Assembly: GCA_002269645.1 (NCBI GenBank)
Contig: NIVC01003647.1
Span: forward strand, 21,835-85,834
Source of the DNA: Macrostomum lignano
Taxonomy: Eukaryota
Direction: 5' to 3'
Length of the DNA stretch: 64,000 nt
Below are positions 1 to 14,034 of this stretch, in pieces. The stretch's first letter is position 1. The number at the start of each line of letters is the position of its first letter. Below the pieces are notes generated by a model, which was given only the letters and a program-made list of their open reading frames with translations, was not told where the DNA came from and searched no databases. Both the position numbers and the translations under genes were made by a program.

Positions 1-587
1 TTTGTCACTGGGTTAACTTTTGAATTTGAGTTTGTCTTTTTTCTTCATTATAACTAGTATTAGTTTAATTTATCTAGGCCTTGAAACTTATGCTTATGGC
101 TTTTTATAATAGACTAGTTAGAGTAGGCCTAGCGCAATAAATGAAAATGACGTACAAAAGTACCGCAATAGCAGTACTGATATTACAGTACAATATATTT
201 TACTTGTATTGTAGATCTACCATGAAACATCGTTAGACCAATCCTATACAATAATTTATGCTAGTTGCTAGGCACTTATAATTATACTTGTTCAAACTTT
301 TTGAAATAAAACTTTGCAAGCAAGCACTTAATTTCAATAATACAATATGCTATCTTATGGCTATTTGAACCAGTCTTATCTAGGTGCAGGTCATTTTGGT
401 GACAAGTTATTTTGGTGACAATCATTTCACTCAGTCACATTGTTTATTTTGGTATAAGTTGCTTTTATAATAAAACTAGGCCTACCTTTTTAAGTTTAGT
501 AGGCCCAAAAAGTGGAATATTTTGGTTGGTAAGTTAGGCCTAGTTGTAATTTTATTTTTGACAATGTTGGGCACAATTCCAATATTC

Positions 588-1176
588 CCATAGTCAGGAT
601 AATGTACATTATGCCGGAAATTTCCAGCGTACAATTGAAAAATTTACTTTTTTTGGCGTACAATTGGTGTAAAAAATGAGGCAAAATATATTTGGCATAC
701 CTTTTGGCGTGACGCCGTGGCGTAAATACGCCAAGCAGCGCATGCCAACTCCAACCTTCACACCAAAGTTAATATTAACAATTGTTGGCATAACACCGTA
801 ACCTTAGAATCTTATTATAAAATCATAAAAACCATAAAACTCATAAGATGAAAGTTCAAAACTATTCATGATTAATAAAAATTTAAAATTCCACGCAAAC
901 TAATTGTGTAATTTTCTAAAAAAATTTAAACAAAAAATTGATTTTTGTTGGCATTATCTGTAAGCCAATTTACTTTAAATGAAAACCATACATTTTTTAA
1001 ATAATTTATTTGAAGAAAAATGTGTAACATGCAAAAAAGGTCATTTATTGTTGCAAAGCCTAGAAAACCTGGCGTAAGTTCCTAGGACCTTGGCGTACAT
1101 TTCAGTATGAAATGGCGTAGATTTTTTTAGGGGACTTTTTATTCCGGCGTATACCATGACATGATCCTGACTATGG
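588..1176. mobile_element. Non-autonomous TIR DNA transposon (MITE) with 8-bp TSD (hAT- or P-like)
   Basis: Left end CCATAGTCAGGAT..GCCGGAA and right end TTCCGGC..ATCCTGACTATGG are imperfect inverted repeats. Identical flanking CAATATTC at 580-587 and 1177-1184. Many internal GGCGTA subterminal motifs. Confidence 0.85.
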
Positions 1177-1626
1177 CAATATTCCAATACTCTGATAGTG
1201 ATAGGCCTATTATTGACCATACCTTTTGGGTATTAGAGTATTAGAAGCCAGTACTTTTTTGATAGCATTAGACTTCTATAACTTCCTTTCTTTAATAGGC
1301 ATAAAGAAGACTGACTACAAAGGCTAGTAAGTAGTTAATTATCAACTATACAGGCAATAATTTTGTTAGACTGTGTCAATGATTTTTAGAAATTATACAT
1401 ATATAACTGCTAGCCAACCTGGCTAATTTGGCCACTATAAATTGTGGTAAACTAGGGATAAGTTGCAAAAATGCTTACCAAAAAGAATATAAAGGTAGTA
1501 AAGTTTTAGTATATGGACTAATTAGATGATGAAGCATTTAGCCTTAATAAGATAGTCATAGTTACTCTTACTATTTATCTAGTTGCACCTACACATAAGC
1601 CATAGTTTGGATTGTGTATTAATATA

Positions 1627-2077
1627 GGTAGTTGTTATTTGTCCAGTGACCGGATAAATAGCAATGTGGTTATTTGTCTGGTTACTGGATCCTGACCATG
1701 CTTTCCTATTCATCTGGTTAATACCAGACAAATAGACATTTTGTTATTTGTCCAATTAAATTGATAATGCTAAAATATCTAGTTTATAAAAACTACAAGG
1801 GTAAATATTCCTAGACTTCAAAGACTTCTTACTTGTATCTTGATTATTATATATAGTTATACTAGTGTGTGTCTTATACACCAAATTATGCCAAATTGAA
1901 TACACTGCTTTGTTGCTTACACTCAAGTAATACAAGAAAATATTAATCAATATATGAGAAAAGGTCTTAAAAATCTAGAATATTCATTACGAAACAAATA
2001 AGATAATTGTGTTAGCAATTTAACTGGACAAATATCAAAAAGGCTATTCATCCAGTCACTGGACAAATAACAACTGC
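1627..2077. mobile_element. MULE/Mutator-like MITE with 9-bp TSD
   Basis: ~36-bp TIRs (GGTAGTTGTTATTTGTCCAGTGACCGGATAAATAGC / GCTATTCATCCAGTCACTGGACAAATAACAACTGCC), flanked by ATTAATATA at 1618-1626 and 2078-2086. Confidence 0.85.
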
Positions 2078-3305
2078 CATTAATATATACCAAGTTTAAT
2101 ACTAGAAAAAATGATACAACCTCATTTGTATGCCGGGTTTATGTGCCAATACAAAAAATTTGTCATTTGACACAATATATCTCCTGTTTCATATATGCTA
2201 GGATATATCCTGATGTAGCCTATGCTAAAAAATGATAAGACCCTTGTTGTATACCAGGAAATCCTGGCATACATCTGGCCTAAACTATGGCCATTGTCCA
2301 GATCATGGCAGGCATATGCCAGAATAAAAATTCATGTTTTTTCAATTTTATTTTAATGTAGTATTTACAAAAAAAATTTTGCTGAGCTCAAAAATGTTTG
2401 TATGCCAATTTTTTTAAGAATGTATATTTTGAAAAAAATGTTTTACTAAACTTTAACATGGCTATTTTTTGCTAAGAACTAATATTCTTTTTTTAATTTT
2501 GTTTTCTCCTATCGATTGCGTTAATATTTTTTGTTCTAGTTTCCAATTATTTTTAAAGGAGCTTTTGCTGGTTGATATTTAATTACATGATTATATTAGC
2601 CTTGAACTTGGCTATTTTTGTATGCCAACTATGTACAATTCATGTTGAACCTGAAAATTCTATATGCAAAATGTATACCAAGATTGTCAGTGAGAGCAAA
2701 AATATGCTGGAATTTTCCTGTGTAAAGGCCACTTTTTGGCATATGGAACTATGGCACATAAGTAACAACTCTTTTTTTCTTTTGCATAGGAGTGTCCAAG
2801 CCACTTATTCCAATAGGGCTATGTAGGCATGGCCCTTTCAAGTACCTCTATATGGCATCTAAAGGTTTTGGTGATTCTATCCTAATAGGGGTTATGGAAA
2901 ATATATTTTAATAAGCACCTTTAATACTTTGTATCCCCATTCAATATTTTCTAGATCTACATCTAATATATAATAAATAACATGGTCTTAAGCAATCATT
3001 TTCTATGTGTATAGTATAAATAAAGAGTTTGCAAAGATTTTTTGGTTGGAAGCTATTGTATTTTCTATTGTCTATCTATTTATATTATAAGCCTATGAAT
3101 ATATGACTAATATAATTAAGATAGTGATCTAATTTTTAATATACAATGTGCAAAGCCTATACTTAGTACTATAGGCAGTGTTGCTACAGGCTGCGTTTTT
3201 AACGCAGCTGCGTTTTTTCTTTGAAAAATCTGCGTTTGTGCGTTTTTTTCTGCGTTTTTTTTCATTCTGCGTTTTTACTTGCTAGCTGTTTTGTTGGTGA
3301 CTTAA

Positions 3306-3841
3306 GTGGCAATGCGGCAGTGGAGCGTGTGTTTGCCGATCTTACAGACCTTTTTTCAAAGAAAAGAAGCAATCTGGACATCCGCACCATAGATGGCTGT
3401 CTGCTTACCCGAGGTTTCCTGAAGTCGACCGGTTTGACTTGTGAAACGTTTCACTTCAATGACGCGTACATCAACGCAGGCTTTCATGCTCGGCACAGCT
3501 GGAAGCAGCACCTGGAGCGGCAGCGGGAGGAGAATGAGGAGAAGCAGAAGAAGTTGGCAAAGGAGAGAGAGTTGGCAGTAGAAATTGCACAGGAAATTAA
3601 GAAGGCAACACACTCTGCACAGTTGCAGGCAAAGGAGGAGAGCATACGGAAGAGGAGACTGGAGGTAGATGCGCAAGCGGACAGAGCTGCCGCAATGCTT
3701 GATGAATATCAGCGACAGGTAGCTGCCCTAGCGATTGAGCGCAAGACACTGGAGAAGGAGACTGAGGGCCTCAAAGAGAAAAAGAGAAAGTTGGAGGAGA
3801 AGGCGACCAAGTCTACCATCGCCAGTTATTTCAAAAAGTGA
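3306..3841 (+). pseudogene. hAT transposase C-terminal remnant (dimerization motif plus coiled-coil tail)
   Basis: SGNAAVERVFADLTDLFSKKRSNLDIRTIDGCLL matches the hAT dimerization motif (S-x-A-x-x-ER-x-F...R-x-x-L), followed by an E/K/R/Q-rich coiled coil. No ATG start, no catalytic core. Confidence 0.75.
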
Positions 3842-3898
3842 CGCCGGTAACTTTTGGTAACAATGATTTTTGGGCTTACATAGACATAAATAGATAGG

Positions 3899-4116
3899 CA
3901 GTGTTGGGCAAGTTCACGAAAAAGGAACTTTCATACAACGAACTTTTGAACTTTATGCAAGGGCATTTCCTACTTGGTCAGTCATGCTCGAGTAACAACC
4001 ATTTCTTTACCTCATTCTACTGCCAAACAGTTAAAAATGATCTCATTCTGCTATTCTTTCAATATCATTTTAAAAATGAATTGAACTTTTCCAAAAATGA
4101 ACTTTGCCAAACACTG
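3899..4116. mobile_element. Small hAT-like MITE nested in the hAT element
   Basis: TIRs CAGTGTTGGGCAAGTTC / GAACTTTGCCAAACACTG with internal GAACT repeats. TSD not convincing. Confidence 0.6.
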
Positions 4117-5823
4117 CATATGGGGATACAGGGTTTGCAACAAAGATGCATCCAGGCATGATCTAGGCATCAGTTTTATTTTACATGCATTTTATTACGA
4201 ACAGCTATGCTCGCAATCTTGCTCTTTGAGTGACTGAGAGGGTAGAGACAGTGAGAACTGAAAGAGTAACAGATGACATGAATTTTTACATTTATTCTTC
4301 AAGTTGTTGCATTGTTGTTGTCGTGCTGTTTCCATGTATGTTTGCATCGGCCATCGATCGAGATACACATATTGCACGTATACGTACTCACTGTCGCTCT
4401 TATATGTATAGGTTGTCCAATGTCTAGAAAGTTCTGTCCATTTTTTTATACAAATGTTCGTCGAGTCGAAAAAGTTGCCGATCTCCGAGATGAGGGCCAG
4501 TTCGTTGTTGAAGCTCTTGCCTTGCAGATGCCGGTCAATGGCGCGGAATAGATAGATAGAGCAAGCAGTGCAAAAGGTGCTCATTATCATGTGCCATTCT
4601 TTGCTGGAAAGAAGCAACTTTCAGTTAGATGCAGGTGGTGGTAGAAAGGTGAGTAACATGTATTGCTAATAGGCAAATATGAACAACAATGGATAATAGA
4701 TAAGTAAGTTTTAGTATAAGGAAGTTAGACCATGTGAAAAAATCGGACAGAACTTTCTGGACAACCCAATAAGTGCAGGATAAGTTGCGTATCCTAGTTT
4801 GTCTGTTAGCCAATATCCATCGGCCAATTTTTGTGCACTCGCTGGCCGCTGCTGATTAAAGAGGAAATACATAAATTTTTGCATGTGACCATTTATGACA
4901 TCTGCTGGTTGGCTGGTAGCCGTGTTGATTTTGGAATAAAATGTACTGATGTACTCTCAGCCTTTTTACTATCGTATTGCTCAGCATCGTCGTGATTTTC
5001 TATTATGCATTAGATATAAGAACATGTTTCGTTGCTAATGTATCTTGTTGTTAATCATCCTAGGGCTGCTAGTCACTTGTGTGCATTTATACAGTATAGT
5101 TGTATGTGATCCAGGGCACAGTGCTAGGATGTTTCAGGGCCTAGATCATTTCTCTGTATTCTACTAATAGTGCAATGTAAATTTGTTCCTCGAACTCCTT
5201 GATGTCGTTCATCATTATTTTCTCAACAGACAAGGGTACAGCCTGCAGTTGTGCAACTCGAGAACAGCTTCTTAATACTTGTATTAGCTACTGACTGGCA
5301 TCTAACATGTAATGTACTAGCAGTTCGCATCTAAAAATTAAGGACAGCAGGCTTCGGATTTGTTAAGAAAATTGTTGCTTTACACGGTGCCGTGTACATA
5401 TGCAAAAACACAGAGCACACCCACGTAGGCAGGGCAGAGGCATGAATGTACAATAGAGTAGTTCTGAGCTTCATTATAATTTTTAGTACTGCCTGCGTTT
5501 TTTTTTATCGGCTGCATCTATTTTTTTTCAAATGCCTGTAGCAACACTGACTATAGGTCTTAGCTAAGGGTCTGATAATATCAAATTTTTTAGATTTTCA
5601 AGACTTAAGATCTATACTTTCTAAATAACTAAGTTCTATCCAGATTCAACATAAACCCAGTTTGTATCTAGTAGGCTTATTTATTTTATTCTATCTATCA
5701 ATGTTAATATTATTATTCGTTAAATACATACAATGTAGCCAGGCATAGCCAGGGGGGACACTAGGGACATGTCCCCCTTGGAGTGGGAAGATTTTTTACT
5801 GCCTTTGTATTTTGCTTCTATTG

Positions 5824-6900
5824 CTAACATTGGAAATGGATTGATGTCTTGTTGCAATCAACCAATGGCTCATAGATAACATGCTCTGCAAGGCTATAGA
5901 CACTCTCACTGATTGTCTGTCTTTTGCTCAACTCCACAAAAAGCACTTGAGGATATTTGCTTAGCCTGATTGTAAGCCCAGTGAAACATGAACCATCTTT
6001 AAATCTATGTATATAACCCATTCGTGATCACAGTAGGCTATTTTAGCAGAACATTTTGATGGAATTATTGTTCCTTCAGTGTCATCAAATGGGCCTTCAG
6101 TGTTAACAAATGGTCCAGAGGTTTTGATAGATAAAAATTGCTGTTGTGTACATGTAGGTATAGCAGTATACATTTCAAAGAGTACTTGCTAGATTCAATG
6201 TGGAAAGCTGCCAGTCCAGTGTCATGCTTCTGTATTAATCTCATTTAATAGCCCAGGCATATGTATATAATGCACAAGGTTCTTCTCAGATTGCACAAAA
6301 TAATTCATAACTGCATCCTGCCTAATGCAAAATGGTGTTACTCAAGCAGGCCCTTTACAAAGAAGATGCTTTGAGTTCAGCCTAGAAGGAAACAGCTCAC
6401 TAGCTTTCTTGAGTAAATACAAGTCATGGACCAAGTTGTTCAATTCACCTTGAAAGAAGAGCTAAGGTGCAGTGCTCTTGTTAGTAGGCAAATAGATGTT
6501 ATCACTAGCTCCTTTATCACCCAAGTTTATCTTCATTGTTACTGATTTCTTTCAGCCTAACATAAACTGGCACTAGAATTTCTTCACAGTTAGGGACTGG
6601 TCAATGCATTGATTGCATACATGAGTATATAGATCAGGATACATAAGTATATAGGCTAATAATTGTTTCAATTAATGCCAAGTCTAAACTTTACCACAAT
6701 CTAAATATACTAAATGCAATATTAAAAAAATTCTAAAATGTATGAGCTGAGGTATTTTATTATTCCATGCTTCCATATTGCATGTTATGCTTTTAGGTCA
6801 TTTTTGTCTACCAAAAGAGGAAGTAGCCATCCCTTGGTCATACTCAAACTAATATTCCATATAAAAATATTCCCTTTAGTAGTTCTCTCATGGATAAGTA
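5824..6900 (-). pseudogene. Fossil DNA-transposon transposase, probably CMC/Chapaev3 type
   Basis: Collinear degraded motifs on the minus strand across frameshifts and stops: YPDL..PVPNCEEILVPV, GELNNLVHDLYLLKKASELFPSRLNSKHLL, DW.L.IESSKYSLKCILLY, KIAYCDHEWVIYIDLKMVHVSLGLQSG, VIYEPLV. Family name is from recalled motif similarity, not a search. Confidence 0.65.
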
Positions 6901-9900
6901 TCTAGCAAAATTTATTTGCTCTAAAAAGCAAAACTTTTGTATAATAATTGTTTTAATTGCAATTTTATGATAAAAGGAATATGCAAATCTATTTTTTCTA
7001 TTTATTTATCTTATCTACCTTTCCTACGTACTAAATGTTTGGATTTAAGAATGGATAAAAGTCTTTTTTTAAACTTCCTTTTTTATTCCTTAATAATACT
7101 AATAGAACACTCTTATTTAGGGTTTAAAATATGTTACAACTAATTTATAGGTTTTTTTCTTGGAGACTATATATATATATATATATATACCAAATGAATG
7201 CTTCACAAGGTCAGTGCCAGTGTAAGAAATAGGTGTTTGCTTTTAGGATACTACTAGTGGCACTTTTTGTAAGCAGATTGCTGGGCTACTAAAAGACCTT
7301 TTTGTTAGTAGTTGCTATTTCAAAAAACCTTCTTAAATTAAATTCAAAACTTTAAGGAAAGAATATTTTACTGTTAAATATTTTAAGTTAATTTTTATGT
7401 TTAATAGTATTTTGTCAAATAGGTAGGCATTATTGACATATTTTTGATATATTAGTATACAAATAAATTTATAGGTCATTTAATTTTTTAATGTTTGCTG
7501 TTGTTGCTACTGCTATTGCAGTTGCCAATAGCAGTTATGTGATTTAGGATTACTCTTGGAATTAATATTTAAAAGCTAAATTTATTTTGAACTTCTGTTT
7601 ATTGTATTTTTTGATTAATTTCCCTGTCTGTGTGTGTGCTAAAACTTTATTTATCTATTTCCAGAAGTGTGGTTGATTCAAATTTGGGTTTTTAGTGCTG
7701 TTTACCCTGCTACTGGGCACACTCTGTGTGCTTGTTCTCCTTTAGACTTGGCATTGCTATACTAATACAAGTGTACTATTATCTCTAATATTAAGATTAG
7801 AGATAATATTATTAAGTTATTATTAGATTGGATTAATGCTCAGCATGCACACCGTGGTTCAAATTAAATAGAATATCTAAAATTCGTCATGTATGTTTTT
7901 ACCTTCATTTTGGCACCCAGCCATTTTTAAGCTTTTCAATTTTTAAGACTACATTTTTCACCCTTTTCATCAAATATTAGCCAACTGCAACTGCTCCCCA
8001 TCTATCTTAGCAGGTGGCCATAGTTGGCATTTCCCAAATGCCATTGGCAACACTTTAAAGTTTGTGCACGATGGCTACGCTCTGTGCAGCACTTTTGTGT
8101 TTTTATCTGGCTGTAGCGTCACTGGAAAATTGTCCTGACCCTCTAGGCCATGCCTACAGTTATCCATATCTGGCTAATGCGCGGCACAGGGCGCAGCAAC
8201 TGGCAACTTTGCTGGCTAGGGAAATTGGGGAGGGGGGGGGACAGAATTTTGCGTTGCTAATCCCGGCGAGCCCAGCTTCTTCTTTTACTTTAGATGCGCA
8301 GCTTTTCGCCCCATCTTGTCTCCAGTCAGTCCAGCCTGTTCGTCTCCCCACTCTGCAGTAGTCTCTCTGTTGTTCTTCAGCCTCCCCGATTCCCACACCC
8401 GGCCGGGAGCAGCGGGTGGATGAACGCACGGGGGGGGGCACAATTTTGGAAATGTGACTAAGCTGCACCCAGGCCTCTGGGGGGGGGGGTTGCGCTGGTG
8501 CACGGTCGGTGAAGAGAAAAAGCCGGCGAAACGAAACGAAAGGAAAAGAACTCCCGCTCCGTGTTTGCATTGCCTTGCGCGCTGCTGCCCTTAACCTTAA
8601 CTTTCCAGTCTGTCTGTCCGTGTGCGTGCGTGCGCGTATTAGACCACATTTCTGGCCTAAACCTTGGCCGTCTTAATCTTTCACTTATTCACTATTAGGG
8701 AACGGAGATATGCGGTTTAGCCTTCTTTGATTATCGCCCTAATAATGTTATTCTCAATCTTTTCCTTTCTGACAACGAGAAACAAGGCTATGCTTTATGC
8801 GCTGCGGGTTTACAGCTAGTTTCCTTGTGGTCAATAAAATGCACTCTTTAGTAATGTGTAATGTATCAATATTATAAAGATATTTCCCATTCCCTGCTGT
8901 AGTCTTTTTTCTCTAATGCCGGACTCTCTCGCCTTGAGTTTGCGTGTGTGTTTGCTTGCTTTCCTTAGCTCTTTCCTTAGCCTTTACTGTGCTTGCTGCG
9001 GTGTTGCTTTTTATGAGCAGCGGCTTGCCCGGCGCACTTTTATTGTGCCTTGTCTTTGGCGGCGACTCTTGCCAATACTGTGCAGGCGATACTCGGTTTA
9101 AATAATTGATCAGTTTGCTGGCTGGGCTTACTAAAAGTCGGGTGGGAAATATGATGCACTTTTAACTATTATACTTGTACTAATCTAGAATGATGGCAAA
9201 GTGTCTTCCTTTGACCCGCGGTGACCTCAAAGCGAATCACCAATTAATTGCTAGGCTAGATGCAAAAAGCACTATAAATTGCTCTCCTCCTCTCTCTTGT
9301 TTATTGCCTGGTCACGCAACGCAGCTGTTGTCTTTTTTGTCTTGTGTCTTAGTAAGTCTTAGCAACGGAGGAGAATATCGCCTTAGTTGTATTAAGCCTG
9401 CTGGAGATGCAACGCTTCGTACTGTACGAAGCGCGTTTAAGCCCCCCCCCTTGCCCTCCCCTCCCGCGTTAAGGCTCGAGGATTTTCAGGCTTTGGCAGG
9501 AGGGGAATTCTGTCCTAGCGTTTTCCTGTCCTATTTGCAAGCATGCCAAAAATGGCCGGCCAAGGATAGAGGCCTGTCCAGCAAATTTGGCTTCTTCACT
9601 TTTTTGGCCGAAAAATTTGTGATTCTACAGAATGCAAAGTTTAAACTTTAAAAACCCATTTGGAAATTTCTGTTGCTGGTGCTTATTGCCTTCTGCTGTC
9701 GCGTACTGTGTGTAGCTAGCTGGCTCTTGTGTGAATGCAATTACAAGTCTGAAGAGTCAAAAACTGAAAATCCATTCCCGCTGACTGTGAACTGACAGAC
9801 AAAGAGAGAGACAGAGATGGGGAGAGCGATTCATTCCTGCCTATCCGCTCAGCACCATCATTTCCGCCCCTCATGCGCTTGCATTTGGTATCGGAGGCAT

Positions 9901-11785
9901 AGGGGTGGTCGCTGCCACTGCGTGCGTGCAAAATTCTAACATCAGGCTTATATATCAGAACCCATTGCCTTTATAGGCAGCAGAACGGACACGTCAGTTC
10001 TGCGCTTGGCTCTGCAGGATGGTCTGGCGGTGGTTAGTGGCCTGCTGGTTCTAGTAAGAGAAGAAAATGCGAGCCCAGCCGTGCTGCATCAGACACAGCG
10101 GGCAAACTGGGCTGGTTATTGCTGCACCGTAGGGGGGGGGGGGTAATTCTTCCTCTGGCCAGCTGCTAACATTGATCCGGTTTCCGAGCATTTATGAAAT
10201 TGGGATTTGATTTTAGTAGTTAGCAAAAGGGATTTTCTATTCTTGGTAGTACTGCGTGGCCCGCAGGCCTGCCCTAGGCTAGTCAGACTTAGTAGTGGTT
10301 CGACGAGTTATTCATTGTGGTTACTCGAAAAACTTTCTTTCCTGCCCTTAGGTATTGGCTGACTGCACTATATACTGTATAATATATGGCCAAATACTCG
10401 TCGATCGCTTGTCTGTCAATTATTTGACTTTAAGTAAAATGTGCATTTCCAAAACTTCGAAAAAGCAAAAAGATTGTTATGATTTCAAATAAAGACTTTA
10501 CGGAAAATCTGACCTGTTACGTCTCATCTGCCGTAAATGTCCTCAAATTTGAACATTAAATTCCAATATTCTCCATACAATGTACATACTGTAACAAGAC
10601 TTCGCAACTATATTCCTAGTATAAAGGTTTTACCCTCAATAGTCTACTAGCCTCTGTGTAGATTTAGTGGTTTTGGAACAATAATACTGTATAGTGTCCG
10701 ATAGTGTTTTTGAAGGAGCCGACAAGGCGTTAGTTTAATTTGTTCTTACATATCCCTTGATCAAGCACGGCTAGAGTGGCCTCGGCGAGTCGGCATTGAG
10801 CAATGAGCACATTCCTTTGGCACTTAACCGACGTCGCATCTCTCCAGTTCTGAGGACAGGAATAGCCTTGATAGCTTTTCTCTAATACCCCGAGCTGGAG
10901 TCAGTTCGCACTTATGGGAGAGTCCGTGCTTGGGCGGACATGGCGAGGGTTAAGGGCAGTCAATTGACCTTGGCAATGTTTGCAAATGGCCCCCAACCCC
11001 CCAGAAGATCAGAGCAGACTTGAGTTGCTTGTTTGCTCTCGGCCACGTTGGGGTGCATCGTTAATGATGCCTGACTGAAAGTAGCCTCTGTACTCCCGAT
11101 ATCTTCCCGCATAGACTTGATCCCGAGTTGAATCAGGCCAATTCCCGCGCAGTGTGTTGAATAATAGTTTTGTTAAGTTCTTGACCCGATGACCCGAGAC
11201 TGTGAGAGCAACTGCCGGGTTAAGTTACCCACTTTATGTCCGAATAAGCCTTAGTTCATTCAATATCCTTTCTCTTTGGCTTAGCCAATCGCTTAGTCCA
11301 AGTGTTTCTGTTGTCACCCGGGTGGGAAACACGATTCTGAAACTTTCCTTTACTGGTTGACTTCAATTTCACTGTTTTTCTTTCTTTGTTTTGACTCTGA
11401 CTGGCTCTGTGCGTTTGTTCAGTCAGTTATGTAACCGCCTCCAGGTAGATTGAAATGGAAGCAGATTTTTTTCTAATCTAATCTAACACTGGTATTTTAT
11501 AAATCTGCATGCTTCAGAACAATGCATGCTGTTAGTTAATCTTTTTGGCGAGAAAGCTTCGTTCTTTTCCATTAATTGCAGGGCTGTCTTACAGAAATAC
11601 CGGTAAAACTTATCAAAGTTAATCAAGTTTTCAGTTTAAGAATACTTTCGAGTTCGACATCGGTAAATTTTTAGGTCAAATGAAACGTAAAATTAAAGGT
11701 GGCTCGTGACCATAGGGTATTAGTTTTATGATGATCCTAATGTAAGAGTATGAGCCTCATGATCCTTATATGATAACCCAACGAA

Positions 11786-12175
11786 CCTAAAGTGTGATGA
11801 GGTCAATGACCCTAAAGTATGCTAAGGTCAATGACCCTAAAGTATGCTAAGGTCAATGACCCTAAAGTATGATGAGGTCAATAATCCTAAATTTGATGAG
11901 GTCAATGACCCTAAAATATGATGAGGTCAATGACCCTAGAGTATGATGGGGTCAATAATCCTAAATTGTGATGAGGTCAATGACCCTAAAATATGATGTC
12001 AATGACCCTAAAGTATGATGAGGTCAATGACCCTAAAGTATGATGAGGTCAATGACCCTTAAATATGATGAGGTCAATTACCCTAAATTATGATAAGGTC
12101 GTTGATCCTAAAGCATAATGAGGTCAATGACCCTAAATTATGATGATGTTAATGACCCTAAAGTATAATGAGGAT
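11786..12175. repeat. Minisatellite, ~25-bp unit GAGGTCAATGACCCTAAAGTATGAT
   Basis: Direct tandem copies visible. Confidence 0.95.
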
Positions 12176-12818
12176 CAACCTTATTCCGAACACGTGTTTA
12201 GGATAAATTAAATGAGTCAAGTTCTATTATGCACCTGTGTATTTCATATTTTAATGCATGCTGCCATATTTAAGGCATGCGATAAGCTACAGTCGCTGCA
12301 AGTAAACAACAATTATTTAACTAACAAAAATCATATTCGGCCAGACTGCGACTGAGCAAAGTTCGAGTATTGAGCTAATTGTATTAGCTGCAAAGATGGC
12401 TTCAATGTGTCGCTGCTGGATGTCGCTAGTAGCACTGATCGGATTAACCTGCCTGTCCTATTCTACAGCTCAATTTGGTGAGTCGGTGCTTTGCGCTTAC
12501 CGATATTGGGGTTGGCAGTCTAGTTCATCTGGTTTCACCCGTTAATTACTGCACTTACCTGACCTAGTGAATTTTGTGTCCATTCTGTGTGTTCTTTTCA
12601 TTTATTTTTGCATTGCTGCTGTTTATAATTGTTTATTGTGACGGTGATTGACGGGCATGGTGATTGATACCCGCTGGTTTGATATCCTGTCAATCATATT
12701 TGATAACAATTAGATTAATTTTTTATCAGCACCAATGAGCTGATTACTGATTTTGGGCGATTTTCTGTCTGTCTTATAATAGCTGCTGAAGGTCTTGAAG
12801 ACATAAAAACCCTGCAGT

Positions 12819-13175
12819 TTGGGAATATGCAGTTTTGAGGATATGCAGTTTGGGATATGCAGTTTGGGAATATGCAGTTTGGGAATATGCAGTTTTGAGG
12901 ATATGCAGTTTGAGGATATGCTGTTTGGGGATATGGAGTTTGGGAATATGGAGTTTGGGGATATGCAGTTTGGGGATATGCTGTTTGGGGATATGCTGTT
13001 TGGGGATATGCTGTTTGGGGATATGCTGTTTGGGGATATGCTGTTTGGGGATATGCTGTTTGGGGATATGCTGTTTGGGAATATGAAGTTTGGGAATATG
13101 CAGTTTGGGAATATGCAGTTTGAGGATATGCAGTTCGGGGATATGCTGTTTTGAGGATATGCATTTTGGAAATAT
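12819..13175. repeat. Minisatellite, 15-bp unit ATATGC(A/T)GTTTGGG(G/A)
   Basis: Direct tandem copies; source of the TAYPQ and GDMLF pseudo-ORFs. Confidence 0.95.
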
Positions 13176-14034
13176 GCGGTAGTTGAGATTCGAGTTGTAT
13201 GAATTTTGGGATTATGAATTCAAAGTGAATTGGGAAATATGGGAAACCCTCTCCAGTACTTCTTCTCTTCCTTTCTCGACTCTTTAATCCCTACAGTGCT
13301 AATGCTTATCTATCAGAGTAGTCATTAGAGATCAATCAAGGTATTGGGTGAGTATTAAAGATCCCCAACACATCGGAACTGTCCCAGTTCACATCCCAAT
13401 TCCATTTCTGATCTTATTTTGTGCCCAGTATTGCCATCAACTAATAGTTAGGCAAAATGCCCCAACTGTTATCGCATAGATCAGGGGGTGCATATAAGCA
13501 TTGACTGGGGCTTGTCCCGCAGTTGTGACTGCAGCCCTCGCTATCTCTCTCGCCTCTCCTTCGCCGCTTGCGTGCTGTGCACAATCTGATTACTACTAAC
13601 GTACTATGGCGTGGCGCAACAGGGTCAGCTTCACTGATCGAGCGTTCGCACCTGTGTGAAATCCGGTTTTTTACGATTTCACTAGCGTCTCTTCCTCTCT
13701 CTCTTCTGTCATCATCATAATGGGGCAGGGAGTTAATAGAAAAAACTGTTTCTCTCCTTATTAATCTTTTGAAGTCACAAAGATTTTTGCAACTAATGTA
13801 GCTAAACTAATGTAGTATAGTGAAACCAGGCTGGCTAGCTCGATAATTAATTAGGCTGCCCAAATTAACGGATGAATAATTTGGTTAGTGAGCATTTATA
13901 ACTGCTTTGCTACACTTTTGTTCTTTGTTTCAACTGCCTCTGTATGATAGTTGCGCTTGAGATTTTAGTCGGAATCTCGGCATGCTTAAAATCACCTTTT
14001 GGTAACAGTATGAACACTGCCTTTTTAGAATCCA

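Larger units (their letters stand above)
3176..5549 (+). mobile_element. Internally deleted hAT transposon
   Basis: Perfect 16-bp TIR CAGTGTTGCTACAGGC / GCCTGTAGCAACACTG, 8-bp TSD ACTATAGG (3168-3175, 5550-5557), repeated CTGCGTTTTT subterminal motifs, and a transposase C-terminal remnant inside. Confidence 0.92.

Noticed and set aside
5748-8084. One large element bounded by CAGGCATAGCC and GGCTACGCTCTG
   Set aside because: Inverted match is poor and flanks show no TSD; 5748-5790 merely resembles the MITE-like end at 63835-63900.
10640-11330. GC-richer stretch that might be a retroelement or exon remnant
   Set aside because: No ORF of 60 aa or more, and no motif recognised in the minus-strand frames I translated by eye.
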